A DNA stretch of 64,000 nt from positions 11,286,001 to 11,350,000 of the forward strand of contig OZ076409.1 in the NCBI GenBank assembly GCA_964187785.1, written 5' to 3'. Every line of letters starts with the position of its first letter. The first letter of the stretch is position 1. The translations under genes and the position numbers were made by a program. The notes under the pieces were generated by a model that searched no databases, was not told the origin of the DNA, and saw only the letters and a program-made list of their open reading frames with translations. Source of the stretch: Amphiscolops sp. MND2022. Lineage: Eukaryota. Of this stretch, positions 13,026 through 26,173 are shown one piece after another.

Positions 13026-13841
13026 CTGAAAGTCTCGGGATGTAATAACGATTTGTTTCGGGATGGTGGTATCAAGCGTGTCATCGTTGACACACTGTTG
13101 ATGGAAAGTTTTATTTCGGGATTGCATGGGCCGTCTGGTCAGGAATTCAGGGACCATCTGAGGGGTAAGGTTGGCTCCTGTCACAATGTCGTAACCATTT
13201 TCGTCGTCACTATAGCGAGAATCCAGTGAATTCTCTCTACAATGACTTGTCCGGTTACTTCTCATCGTTACTAACCTGGGAAAATTATTTTGAACATCCT
13301 CAGCCAAGTGGCTGACGTTTTCTGGATGCAGTCTATTTGACTGAAGGTCATGCTGAGGACGAACCTGGCTGGAATTACTTGGATGCAGTCCATCTGACCG
13401 AAGGTCCAAATTTGCACTTTATCTGAATTTTGAGTTTTAACAGCAATTTTGATGCTTGGTAACACCTTTCTCTCAATCACAGCATTGAAAGCATCCAGTA
13501 TCTTGGAATTTAGGCTTGTTTGCATTTCCTCAAGTTTTCTGGACATTTGTGAAAAAATCTCAGAACTAATGGCTCCGCTAGTTTCAACAGCCATTCCACT
13601 TTCCACTATTTTCGCTAATATTTGTATTTAAATAAGATCTGTAATCATTTTCATTATGATTTGAACTTTATTTTCGTCTATTTGACTCTCAGTCAATTTC
13701 ATTCTCACTTGCTCTATCTTGTACTTCGCTGTTATTTCTTTGATAACTTCCTAACATAACATCTAGATTTTCAATATCTGACAAGACGTCAGACTGGCGG
13801 GAACGTTTCTCCTTAGCTTTCTGCTTTCTAGTTGAAGGCAT
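13025..13841 (-). pseudogene. gag: Gag-like ORF 5' portion; starts inside the 5' LTR and is fused by deletion to the end of RT
   Basis: ATG 13841 MPSTRKQKAKEK…, continuing through ORFs 13271-13606 and 13017-13409. It crosses the LTR/PBS junction at GYD|IVTGA. Confidence 0.6.
13173..13186 (-). promoter_or_regulatory. Primer-binding-site-like sequence TTGTGACAGGAGCC
   Basis: Immediately follows …TTACGACA. One mismatch from a TGG start; resembles the tRNA-Leu-type PBS TGGTGTCAGGAG. Confidence 0.55.
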
Positions 13842-14763
13842 ATTTTAAAAGAGGAGTTTGGGTTCAACAAGGAATTGTCAGAAGAAACAAAAGAACAAAT
13901 TCGTGTATTGAGTGTATTTCGCTTTATCAATGAATGATCAGTTTACAATAAGTTCCGAATATTTATAGTTACAACAGCATTACAAGCATAAATTTGTGTG
14001 TCAGGTAGCTAAATTTATGTTGAAGTCAGGCTAAATATAGCTTTAGCCCAAATATTAAATCGTCATATTCTAAAAATAGATTGGCAGAGTTGACATTACG
14101 TCATTTTGGGAAGGGAGGTATAAATAGTTTCTAACTAGCATCATAATCTCTTACATGTAGCTAAACTAGAGTAAACCAACATTACATGAAGTGGCAGCAT
14201 CAATTTCCAGCAAAATAAGATTTCTGACCTAGCGTCAGCGTGACTGCATGCATTGGTCCGTTCCGAGTTCTGATTGGCCAGAAAAAATTTGGACAACGCG
14301 TCAACTTGACTGCAGTGTTGGGACAGTTGAACGCGTTTCCAATCCTTCAACCCTTTTTGAATGCTAATAAAGCACGTTACTGCCTTGTACATTGATCAAT
14401 TACAAATATATTGCACTTGGAATAATTACCGCGCTGTCAAAGTATTAGAGTTACTAATCAAATGAAATTATAGAAGTTTAGGTAGCAATAAGTACAATAT
14501 TCTAACTAATTTAGAGTAATACCTTGCTGTCAAATTGACCAGAGGTCAAAATATCAAATTACAGTTTCTAGTAATTATGTAATTGTTGATCTAGTCAAAC
14601 TTACATGAGATCACAATTGAAATGAAATAAATAACGTAAGTTGTTTTGTTTTCAGTTGCTTCACATTGGGAGTACTCCTGGTCCAGGATTACTTTGATCG
14701 TTCTCCGGCACGATTTGATAATACATGCCGTCACAGGCGGCAGCCTGCGACACTGGCATGACA
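13187..14763 (-). repeat. 5' LTR (1.58 kb, mosaic)
   Basis: TGTC…GACA termini with a PBS-like sequence next to it. TATA-like CTATAAAT at 13968-13961 upstream of ATG 13841. Contains copy 2 of the 615-bp block. Confidence 0.6.
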
Positions 14764-15419
14764 GGGGACACTTTGCAGACAATAAAAAAATTTTGGAAAA
14801 AGTCTCAAAGCCGAAACAAGGCACAAAAGTGTATCGGGGGACGTGGTTTTAGCATCATTTGTTGAATATAGGTTTTTCTCGGAACTGTGGGTGCTAACGT
14901 GGGCCGTTCCAGATTTGTTAGTTTGAATCTTTGTGCTTTGTGCTTAATGTTCAATTTTTCTCACAAAACATTATCCATTCACAGTCCTGTGAAAAACATG
15001 AGGTCTAAAATTTTTTCTGGGCAACGTTCAGTGTAAAGTACTCAAAAACAACGTGGATTAGCCGTTTTCTGTGCGAACAAAATTTCTTCGAAGTTTCATC
15101 TAGTTCTGAATGATTTCTGATAATAGAATTATTATATATTTTAGTCGACGCTCCATGAAATGAAACCCGACTGCTTTAGTGACGTTTTGTCGTTTTGTCA
15201 ATCCGGTCAAAGTCATTAAAAATTCTACAAATTGGCAAATTAGTTGGAAGAGTCTTCCCGTTCCTATTTTAACACTTTTCTTGGAGTGTATAAACTTTTT
15301 TAACATACTACGTGGCCTTCGGAACTGTGAGACTTTGAGACTTTGGATAGGAAAATGCCTTTTCAAGGTCCAAACTTTCAGCACTGTGCGTTTTGTTGGG
15401 AAAATTCACAAAAGGGTCC

Positions 15420-17310
15420 TTGTTTTGGTTCTCTGGTTTGTGGTGAGAAAAGCTGAAAATTTTTTGACGTTTCTGGTGAGAATAAACGCAAAAAATGCCT
15501 TTTAAAGCCCATGGGGTCATCCTCTGGTCTTTTTCGATGCTGTAAAATTGTGAAACGATTAGAAATAGAGCTATGGACGCTTTGAAACACTTTTACGTTC
15601 TCTGAGCCACTTATGCCGTTGCCTGCTTGTTTTACATTGCTTTCTGTTAGAATATTTATAATAAAATTGATTGAAGTTAACCTGCTGTAGCAAAAAGTAT
15701 CCGGAGTTTCAAAGGCGTCGTTTTCAGTGAAAGAATTTGAAATATTGCTTTTGACAATTGAAATTCTGGACGAAAAAGTTTGTTGTTCTGTATTATTTTA
15801 TGTTTGCTGCAAACTATATTTCAAAGGAAAATAATTGTCAATGTGGCGATTTGGTTTCAAAAAGATTCCAATTCCAGGGTCCAAGTTGATTCGTTCGTAA
15901 AAAGCAATCACTTTTCCAAAAAACAGCAGAATTTTTTGTTTAAAAATTATGTGTAAACAAAAATACATTGAGAAAAGGATATAAAAGCAAAGTAGTACAG
16001 CGGCAACACAAATAAAAGGTAGTTTTCAAATGCTTTGCGATATTCATGTTTGAACAATTTTTGGAAAGAAAAGATTAATTGTATCTAGGAAAAACAACTC
16101 GCAGTTCTTTTACCTGTCATCATAGTATTTATTCATTTATTTGATGTTAAATAAATCAATTTTTAATGCGTGCCCATAAAAAATTAATAATTAAACATAA
16201 AAAAGGACGAAGAATGAGCTGTTCGGTGATTGCCCGATGATTCGATTTGACGAAGAAAAATTCATTGTTAAAAAATCTGTTTTATGTCATTATTTATTTG
16301 CTCTTTGAAAAATTACTAAATGGCATACTCGAAGTTTCTTTGCAATAATTTTGGCACTGAAACAAAAACAAAAAGACTACGTCCCAGATGAAAATACAGT
16401 AACTTCTAGTTTTCCATTCACTACTGGAGCTTTTTTCTGATCATCAAGGGCTTTTCCAGATTTATGAGAGGGCTCCTTATTTTACTCCGTTCCTCTCTTT
16501 CTAGAATAGATTTTTTAGGAAAAGTATTTTTTCAATTGATGGCTATTGAGATTCAAGTTCATCTACTGGAGAATGTTTAGAGTTGAAACAAAGCAATTTA
16601 ACTGAACTACTTTCAAACTACTTCAGATAAACTACTTTTGAGATCAGAACAAGGTAAATACTCTTGTATTCGAGTTCGAATTTTTGGTGTAAAGAAATTT
16701 CAGTACTTCGCTGAAAAGAGGAACTACACTAACATTCCAAAGAAAACTGGGGAAAACATTCGTGCAATTTCAGCAATCAGTCGAATAAAGCTTCGTCATA
16801 AAATGATAATTCTGAGAAAGAATGCCTTTTTTGCTCAAAGCGTCCCCCGTCACTGAGCAATTTAAAAAAAATACTTTTCTACTTCAGAAGGGTTCTCGTT
16901 TTAGCTTTTGGTTTCTGGTTGAAAATTTTGGTTTTTCTAGTTGTGTGTAGATGTTTCTAGTCAGAATAAAAACAAAAAAGATTTTTAAGCCCAAGGGGTT
17001 ATCCTTTGGGTTTTTTTCGATGCTGTGAAATTGTCAAACTATCGAAATACAATTCTTGACGCCTTGAAGTTTTTCTGAGCTTTAAGCGGCGCGCCGACTT
17101 ATGCCGTTGTCGCCTTGTTATTTTTTAAATATTGCTTTCCGTTATAAAATTATTAATGAAATTGATTGTAGTTAACCTGTATCAGAAAGTATCCTGTCGC
17201 TTTAAAGGCGTCGTGTCGTTTTTAGTGAAAGAACCTGAAACATTGCCATAAACAATTGAAAATCGAAACGAAAAAAGTTGTAGTTTTTTGTTAATATTAG
17301 TTTGCTGCAT
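15420..17310. repeat. Old direct duplication (~15420-15810 vs ~16900-17310) including a Helentron-like 3' end
   Basis: Shared aagccc…gggg..atcct…tttttcgatgctgt.aaattgt, acttatgccgttg…cttgtt and aaattgattg.agttaacctg. Confidence 0.7.
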
Positions 17311-18337
17311 CAAGTAAGTCGATAACCGGGTTGAGATTGCACGAAAGTTTTTCATGCGCAGGCATGCACGCAGGGATCATTTTTGACAAAGTTTAGAAAC
17401 TTCATGGACCCTGCTTGAAAAATTTTGTAAAATCTTTCATGCATCTTTTGAAAACTTCTAAAACTTTCCCTGCATCTCGGAAAATCTTGAAAGCATTTTC
17501 ATGCGCTTTGAAAAAGACCCTGCAGTCCATATATGCACTTCAAAAACAAAGTTCAAGAGAAAAAAAACTTGTGTTTCGGCATGACTTACAATTGTCGTTT
17601 TTGTTTTCAGTTCAGAAAAAAAGTACGAGCGTTGCATCAATAGGCATTTTGAGCCATTTCGTACCCTTCCAATTTCGTACTTCATCTTTGAAACGATTAC
17701 TAAATAATTGCCAAACTCTCAAGAAACTCTGTTACTTATTCTCTGATGAACTCTGTTCATTATTAAAAAAACTCGTTTCAAAAAGAAACAACGTAAAAAA
17801 ACTTCAAACTTCACATCGTGGTAGTAATTCTGACGGAACTGCAAATTTCTGACTGTTATTTGATATAGTAGTGTCGCAACCTGCCGCTTCTGACGGCAAT
17901 TGCTACCAGATATCCCATGATAATGATCTACAATACCTCCACCAGGTACTCTGCCGATCTAAAAATAAAGGACTCGAGTCAGCTTGACTACAACAAAATC
18001 CAGTAGCCAAAACACAAACTACGTATTTAAAACATTTCATTGTCTTGTAAGTTGTTTTACGTGATGATTTTTACAATTACACCAATGAACGGATCTGTAC
18101 CAGTATTACTGTTTTGTAAAAGCTGAATTAATATTCAAATGTAACGGAAACAACATGCAAAGTACACTGGTCAAAAGAAACGCGTTCAACTAGTACGGTG
18201 CTATAGTCTCATTGACGGTGGTCCAAATTCATTTAATAGCCAATCACGTTGCTGATTATACAACTGCTGTAGTCCAACACGGACGGTACGTCCATTTCTT
18301 CTATGAAGCAGTGCATGTAACCAACTCTAATGCAAAC

Positions 18338-18537
18338 NNNNNNNNNNNNNNNNNNNNNNNNNNNNNNNNNNNNNNNNNNNNNNNNNNNNNNNNNNNNNNN
18401 NNNNNNNNNNNNNNNNNNNNNNNNNNNNNNNNNNNNNNNNNNNNNNNNNNNNNNNNNNNNNNNNNNNNNNNNNNNNNNNNNNNNNNNNNNNNNNNNNNNN
18501 NNNNNNNNNNNNNNNNNNNNNNNNNNNNNNNNNNNNN
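18338..18537. other. Assembly gap (200 N)
   Basis: Run of N. Confidence 1.
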
Positions 18538-19828
18538 GACTCGAACCCGTGAGTTAGCAATTGTCTTCTATAAATCTACCAATCGAAATTGGAAGTAAGT
18601 AACCACCACGCCACTGTGACAATGGGAGTGGTAATCTAAAATCTTTATATTTACGCAGCTGAATTTTCACAGCTGAATCTAATGTATTATTCAACATTAC
18701 CTCACATGAATTATATAGGCAATTTGATTGCATTTGATGCGGCTTTGGTCTTGGTATCCATTGAGCGTGGTAACTCAGCAGACCCAAAGTCCGGAAGCTT
18801 TGATTTGCAAAGAATTACTTCCTTTGAAATTGGTTTCTATCCAGGACAACAAAAGATATAATTTTTGGTGACGAATTCATTTTCAAGTACCACCAAATAT
18901 CTTTTGTAATAACAAAGACGGTCAGAATCATCTGGTCTGAAGCTGCAAACTATTGACAAACTTGAAACAGTTTGCAGCGAGAAAAAGTTGATATTTAGAA
19001 AAGTAGACTTTGTTAATACCGAATTACTGAAGTATCACCAAAAAGCTCTCTGAATTTTTGCTACTTGTTTAGGGTGTAAGTTTATGAAATTCTATACTCA
19101 TATCAGCTACTAATGCAAAGCTTGGAGTTTTCTCCTCTGAAGTTTCATATTCAAGATAAATGCTGAACCTGGTTCTTCGAAACTCTCTGATAACTAGTAC
19201 CCCTAAGTTCTAATTTTCTATCATCAAAGGTTCAGATTTGAGGAAGTTGTTTTAGACTAGTTGCAAACTTTTAAACTGAATATGACTGTGGTGATTTATT
19301 CTAACTGACGATGGTGAAGAGTGGTAGTTCCTGCTGTTGAATTGTTTCTCGGTGTACGATTTGATTTGCTCTTCGATTTTCTAAAATAAAAAAGGCTGAA
19401 AGTCAATTTTTGCTTACTTTTTGAATCGGTCCTTGACTTTCTAATAGAGTATGAAAGTCAATTTTTGCACCTCTGAGCAAGTATTATGCTTTTTCCAAAT
19501 TTGCATTTCCACACTTTCCAACCTTCAACTGTTTCTCAGAATTTTGAAAGACAAATTGCCTAACCCTCAAATATTTTTGGAAAGACTGATTTGGACGAAT
19601 GAATTGTTTTTACTTCCAAAAAAGTTTTCTGAAGATTTTTTGGTTTAATCGTTTTTCGTGTTTGGATGGAATCAGAAGGATGAATTTGTTCCAAAGAGGA
19701 CTCATCAAAATTATTTGCCACCTGCAAGCTTATTCACTGTTTTGGAGTTTTATCTGAACGATGTTCGCATTCTCCAAATTCATTGCTTTTTTTCCACTGG
19801 AGTCTGTTTAATTTTAAACTTTCGCCGC

Positions 19829-19877
19829 TACCTCCTCCTCCTCCTCCTCCTCCTCCTCATCCTCCTCTTCCTCTTCC
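19829..19877. repeat. (CCT)n microsatellite
   Basis: cctcctcct… run with interruptions; reads as poly-Glu on the minus strand. Confidence 0.9.
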
Positions 19878-20569
19878 AGTGATGGCCCTACCTCCTGCGA
19901 CAGTTCGACTAGCGTATCCTGCACAGGATAGCAAAACGTTTGAGCTGCTGATTGGTTTAGCAAAAAAGTCGACAATTCCCGATTTCGTTGGAAATAATAT
20001 AAGCATCCCCATGCAAGGACAATGCCATAAAGTTGCAGTACCTATCAAACCAGTGATTAACGGAAAAGGATCGAGTGTATCGGAGCTAACTAAAAAGCTT
20101 CTCCAACTAATAGGACTGTGATATTATTGGTTCTGATAACACGTTGTCTCTCATACGAAATTTCTATGAAGCATTGTCTGAAAGAAAGTGTTTACCGTTT
20201 CTTGAAACTAATTTATGGTGAGGCTTAGTTTGAGTGAGAACGGCTTGGGTAACGACCGTGGAGGTGTGGAAGGTCATCCGTGCGGTATATCGGATTCCCG
20301 GTTTTCACCACGCATCAGGTCTACAATATTCTAATGCCTTTGAGCGGCGGTGACAGGAAAGAAGCAGAATGAAGAGTGAACGAAAAAACCAAAAGGAAGA
20401 TAGAAGAAAGAACACTGCTTACTGGTACGTACTTTTCGCTGTACTTCAATTTACTGGTGCAGTCAACAATATGAGCTTACACAATCTTTATATGAGCCAA
20501 GAGAGAATGCTATTTCATGTATCCTCTTTCCATTATAGATACTGCGAAGAGACTTTATTGCAGGCTTCT

Positions 20570-21170
20570 GCTTTTTAACCCATCGCTTATGACGCCGCAG
20601 TTAGGCCTGCGAAGGCTGCTTTTAAGGCCATTGTTCTGTTAGTTCAGCCAACTTTTTACCTGTAGCAATCTACCTGATAACATTCTACAGCTATCGTGGC
20701 CGCATGTTTTGCATTTCTAGACACGTTTTTTACCATTCTACGGCTATGGGGACGCACAAAGACCAGCGGAGCTGCTTTTAAGGCCAGTATTCTGATTTTT
20801 CACCTACGTTTTCACTATTTTACGAATAAATTGCCGCAAAAGGCCTGCGGAGGCGACATCGTAGCACAATATATTGCTTTTTCAGCCATGATTTTCCATT
20901 TTACAGTTTTGAATTCTTCGCCACAAAAGGCCTGCTTGGCGAGATCAAAACCCGGTATTTTGCTTTTATAGCGAAAGTTTTTATATTCTACAGCTATGGG
21001 GACGCCAGAGTTTCGCTTCTTCAGTCAAGTTGTTTTGTCTTTACGGTTATGGGGCCACAATTAGGTCTGCGGGGCGGCACTAAAACCTAGTACTTTGTTT
21101 TTTTAATGATCAATAGAATTAGAATTTTTAAGTAAAAGCTTGTATTCTACTGCTTTTGGGGAAACTTCGG
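20570..21170. repeat. Degenerate tandem array next to the Polinton-like element
   Basis: Recurring ttctac(a/g)gctatggggacgc, aggcctgcg and gctgcttttaaggcc motifs at roughly 60-100 bp spacing. Confidence 0.65.
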
Positions 21171-21336
21171 AGCCATTACACAATGCACAGGCCAATAAAA
21201 TGAGAATAAAACAGCAGAGAAATCACAGTTACTGAAGCACTTGTAGCTACTTGAAAATGTTCTCGACAGGTACTTGAGAACAAAACAAAATAAACCATCA
21301 AAGCACACGGACTAGCTATTGGCATATGAAAAAACA

Positions 21337-24300
21337 TCAGTTTTTTTCGCTTCCGGTATCGCTTGTAATTTCCACCTGTTTTCTGTTTGCTTTTTTGATC
21401 CAGTTTACGATGTTCTCGGCACAGAACAAAGTGTCAAAATCTATCAGATACTCCAAAAAAAATTTGTTTATGGCCCTGTCTTTGGCGTTTGTCCTGTCGT
21501 TCGTAAGTGTCTCAACAATCACGCAGTCATTGGCGTGTGATTCATCCTCCTCTTCTCCTTCGGGCTGACTATTTGCATCGGATACTCCTGTCGCCTCGTT
21601 TTCGATGAATGGGTTTAGTGGAGGGCTCTCCTCTCCATGAAATTCGTCCAAGTTTTCTTCGCCATGTTCAAGCTGGTAATCACTGTGACTTCTTTGTTGC
21701 AAGCTCGGATCAGAAGGCGACCACGCTTCAATCAATTCTTGAGTGAGTGGAATTGACCCATCCCACTTAGTCGTAATGGTGATGGAAGACGGGCATTCAC
21801 CGGCACAGGAGCTTCATCTGGCAAAACTTCATCTGGGAAAGCTTCATCTGGGAGAGATTGTGCTTTGAGGATCGATACCGTTCTCCCAAGTGGGTCTTGT
21901 TGATTTTTCTCTGTCTTCGTATCGCCAATCTGGTTCGTCCGAAAATTCTTGATCATAATGAACACCCTTGATTATGTAGTGACCAAGGGGTAAAGTTGAT
22001 ATGCCGTCTTCTTCTAATACATAGCGCTTATCAACCAAGGAGCTAAGAGACAGCTTGTTGACTTTGATTGTTTAAAATTGATGTCGGGTTGATCCGATTT
22101 GCGTGCTTATTGTCTTGAAGGATTTAACCGTCTGCAGAACTGTTTTAAGACTTTGTGTGTTAGATTTCGTTCAGCGAATTTTGTGACGCCCTTTGCTGAT
22201 AACTTGTGCTTCCCACCTGCCATGATGCAATACATTTTTGGCTTGAGGCCTACAAATTCTTCCATGGGTGTTCCTCCTAGCTCATATTTGAACTTGAGTG
22301 CCATCTTTTTGTTATCGGCGTTGTAGAGCGTATGATTTGTGGAGTAGTTTGACAAGTCAAATTATTGGAAAGGTTTTAGAAAGCTCTTCATAGAAATCTG
22401 TGTGTATAGCAAAGAGTTTGTGTCTGAGTACAACAAAAAGCAACTGAGATGCTTCCTCATCACAATGTATCAGAAATCCAACATGACGTATTTTGCCAAG
22501 TCTAGTATAGCAGACCCTTCTATTGTTCCACATGATGAATCCTTTTCCTTTTCCTTCAAGATAATGCTTCTAGATTCTCGTGAAAACTCTTGAACTCGTC
22601 ACGAAGAAAGGTGTCTGTCGTCCTCAAGATGGATTCGCTGTTGGCGATAAGGTGTAAACTCACGCGTGTTCCGTTTACTCTCGAGAATTTTACTGTAGCA
22701 AGAATTCTTCGTGCGTTTGAATAAACTCTTTTCGAATTTGCTTCGAGATTGTTTTCTCTTTGAGGTATTCAGCTCCATTTATGGTTTAGGCCATTTCGTT
22801 TTGTTTCAACACCCGGTGTACTTTCTTGACTTCCATGCCAAGAATAACTTAGAGCTTCAGTGATAATTAATGAACAGTGATATAAATAGTGATAAACAGA
22901 GATGTTGTACAATGAACAGTTATATACTTCTTTTTGTCACACAGAGATTGAATTAGCTGTTTACCTTGACCAAAACATCTAATTTCGTCCATCTTTTCAG
23001 GCAAAGTTTGTCGACTTTCTTCCTCACTTTTGTAGTAGATTCTCTTTTTTGTTGGAGTCAGTTGAAAATCTTCATGTCCATCATGAAGCTTATCGGGGTA
23101 TTGAAGGTCTTTTTCTAGAATATATCCTTCTTCAGAGTCTTTTGATGTTTCCAAAATTTTTTTAAAAATAATATGTCGAATAGTTTCGAACTTCTCAATG
23201 GCAATGGTAGTTTTTTCATGACAATACCATACAAGTTGTTTGCGTCCAGAAAACGCCATAGGTGTCATATTCTCCGTTGTTGTGGTCGTCTGAGTATCTG
23301 TTGTTTGCCTTAAAACTCTGAAGATACACCGCCTCTAATAATATCAATTTTCAACCATTTCCAAGTGGGAGCGGTCTGTTAAAAGTTCAATATCTGCCCG
23401 CATATTTTCAAGAAGGCATCGCCGGATAAGTAGGAGCAAAGAAAATAGTGTGCACAAGGCATAGGTCTTATAATAAAGGCTACCAAATTCTTCAACCACG
23501 CAAGCCAACAGTAGAATGTCAGGTAAGTTACAAATCGTGGTAATCACCCAAGATTGCGCATTGGAACTGTTCGTATACTTTCTCCGCATGTTGCCAATGA
23601 TCCTTAGTATTCGTAACTTCCCGCTTGGGCAGCGGATCTATCCATTGTTCTCTCGTTGGTAGCTTCTCATCTTGGAACATTTCAAGGTTGTCTTAGAAGG
23701 AGTACGGATAATTCGCCTTTTCATGTAAGAGATTTCGCTCTTCTTTAGAATAATCTGGAGGGCGTATGTCAAGAAAGTCAAACTTCTCGTCCGAGAAGTA
23801 CAGAACTAAGTTTTTCAGCGACGCACCCATGAATCGGTACGAGTCTAAAAACTGCTGATACTCAAATACTGTCTTTAAAACTGAATTTTTGTTTTGGAAG
23901 GTTTTAACAGGTACTCCGACAGATAATATTATGTCTCTTTCCATCTGTTGACCGTGTCACATCAAGTTTGTAAGGTGGTTTGAACTTATGGATATACGTA
24001 CAAACATGATTTTAGCCTGAGTAGTGACAATGGTGAATGATGTTGTCCTCTTCTATGTCTGTAGTCAGCCCAAACTGACCTTCGCATATCCAACAAATTT
24101 GTCCTTTCTGGGGTCTTTCTGGAACTGTATCGCGAAAATAACGGGTGGTTTTGCTTCCTCTTGTTCATTTCATGAACAATTTTCTCAATGGCTTTGATGA
24201 ATTTCCCCATGCAGTTTTGAGAACGTTCTAGCTGCAAGAAAATTGGGGTAGGGGTCTAATTTTCAATACCAACAGAACAGAAGCCGCTAGGTTGGTGTTG

Positions 24301-25463
24301 TCCAGTGATGCTTGCTGATTGTTTTTCGTTTTGGCAGCCGGCAAGTGATTAGAGGATTGATTCGAGATCAAAGTAGATATCCACTGGGGCAAAATAGGTC
24401 CTGCAAAGTACTCTCAGAAATAGTGAAGTTAATCCTTGAATCAAAATGACAAGTCTTGAAAGGTCCAGTATCAAAACGTAGTGATACGCCTGTCCATAAT
24501 CCGCTAATACGAAGTTAACCTTGAAAGGTTTGTTTCCCCGGGAAACTCTCATTGGAACTAGTCCGTTTTCAGTATAACGGAAAACGTTAACGTTGCAGTT
24601 GTTTGAATTCTCAAGTGGTAGCATCTGTCCAAAGCCCATGACCTATTCATAATCAGCCACCAATTGATGAGCTAATTGATTTCGTGAGGAATATGTTTCA
24701 GGGCTCGTTCGTCTTGCAATGGAAACCCGGCTAGCCACATAGAAAAGAGGTCCAAGTTTCAAATGCTACGCGGATGTAAGGCAGTACGAAACGCAATTGT
24801 GATCGTGCCGGTTGCGAATGTTATTCAGTAAATGTGGTGCCTCCAGTTCCAGTGGAGAAGGAAGGTAGGAGGATCCCCGAAGTGGATTGAAGGTGGCAAA
24901 TTTAATGTCTAGCTCAATTAATTATTTCAGAATCCACCCTTCTCAAGAAGAAGTGAAAGTAAACAAAGTGTCGATTATTTTGTCTACAGCAGTCAGGGAA
25001 TCGCTTTGCGGCAGGGTGTTGCTCTAGACAAGTACCATGTGTGATTGAAGAAAATTCCAGTTCCTTCTCCCTGTGTCGGTTTTGAAAGCTCTGTCCTCAA
25101 ACGAAGATGCATTTTTTGACTTGTGCAGTTTACACTCTGCTAGCCAGTTGATCAATTGGTTGTTTTTCTCCTCATTCGAGTTATTTTCTCGATAGGTGGT
25201 TGGTCGAGAGTTCATGTTTCTCTAACAATTGTTTGAAAGAAAGTTTGGTCGTCATCGATTCCAACTCCACAATAGACGCACGTTTTCCCAGCTGAGCTCG
25301 GTGTTTCGCGCGAACATTGAACCAGATAGGGCGACGGAAAGCTCCATCGTGTGACAAACATCACATTCCACGGGGAACAGATAAGTAGGGCTTTTGTGAA
25401 CATTTTGTCAATGAGACTCTTTTTGTTAGGGAATGTTTTATGACACTTGTCGCAAGTTCCCAT
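21337..25463 (-). pseudogene. Protein-primed DNA polymerase B (N-terminal Zn finger, acidic C-terminal extension), frameshifted
   Basis: CDKCHKTF at the start; FLDSYRFMGASLKNLV; EEGYILEKDLQYPDKLHDGH; FKRTKNSCYSKILE; LLYSDTNSLL (decayed YxDTDS); NKKMALKFKYELGGTPMEEFVGLKPKMY; VDKRYVLEDGISTLPLGHY. Whether 21337-21965 is the same ORF is uncertain. Confidence 0.9.
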
Positions 25464-26173
25464 TTTGACTGAGAGTTCTGATTGAAACTACTATATGAGA
25501 TGAAAATGTTGCCCAAACAACATCGTGCTAATTTATGAGTTAATATTTCACAAAAATTCTAGTCCTATTTACTCTGAAATAGTATTTTCAATCAAATACT
25601 GCAGGTGAGAGTTAGTATTTTCAACAAGTTTTGTCTGTGAGTGTTACTGATTTCTAACAAATTTCGATATTATTGAATTTTAGCTATCAGAGTTTTTGTT
25701 TTCACGATCAGGAAGTCGGGGTTAATCGGATTCGATGACGAACGCAAGCTGATGCACCCCTCTCAGTCATTCGTTGGTTAATCGCGTTCCAACAGGTCAT
25801 ACAAAATGCAAATGACTCTCTCAGGCAGTCGGCGGTAAAATTTTGTTTGAACCCACAAGGCAATTACAAACTGATGCACCCCTCTCAGTCAACCAGCGAT
25901 TGACTTATTCCAAACCGGCAAGATCACAAACTGCAACTGTTGAATGACATCCCCTCCAGACACGCTAAGAAGTAAACGGTCCCCGAGAAAGTGGTTTGTT
26001 GTTGGGAGTCAGCAGGCCAACTTCAATTGCATCTTGCCCATATCAACATCAACACGTACCTAATTTCACACAGTGCAACTTTCTGGCTCTTCGTCATCTC
26101 TCAGCAAACGGCTCTTTTAACACTCACTTCAAAATCTCCGAAAAACTGCCTTTTTACCTCAAATTCTTGTACA

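Larger units (their letters stand above)
1860..14763 (-). mobile_element. Composite, internally deleted Gypsy/Ty3 LTR retrotransposon with giant LTRs and accessory genes
   Basis: Starts TGTC (1860) and ends GACA (14763). It splits a host repeat (…aaaattgaagaagga | ggggacactttg…) with an imperfect 5-bp TSD (aagga/gggga). Contains RNase H, integrase and GPY motifs on the minus strand. Confidence 0.7.

Noticed and set aside
17850..19400. Possible host exons or LINE endonuclease remnants around the gap
   Set aside because: Candidate acceptors exist (~17960, ~19382) but frames contain stops and no motif was convincing. ORFs spanning 18212-18598 are artefacts of the N run.
19783..20121. Proline-rich ORF on the plus strand
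   Set aside because: The poly-Pro comes from the (CCT)n microsatellite; there is no other support.
20270..21300. Polinton terminal inverted repeat
   Set aside because: No AGT-type terminus or inverted partner near 30100 could be found.
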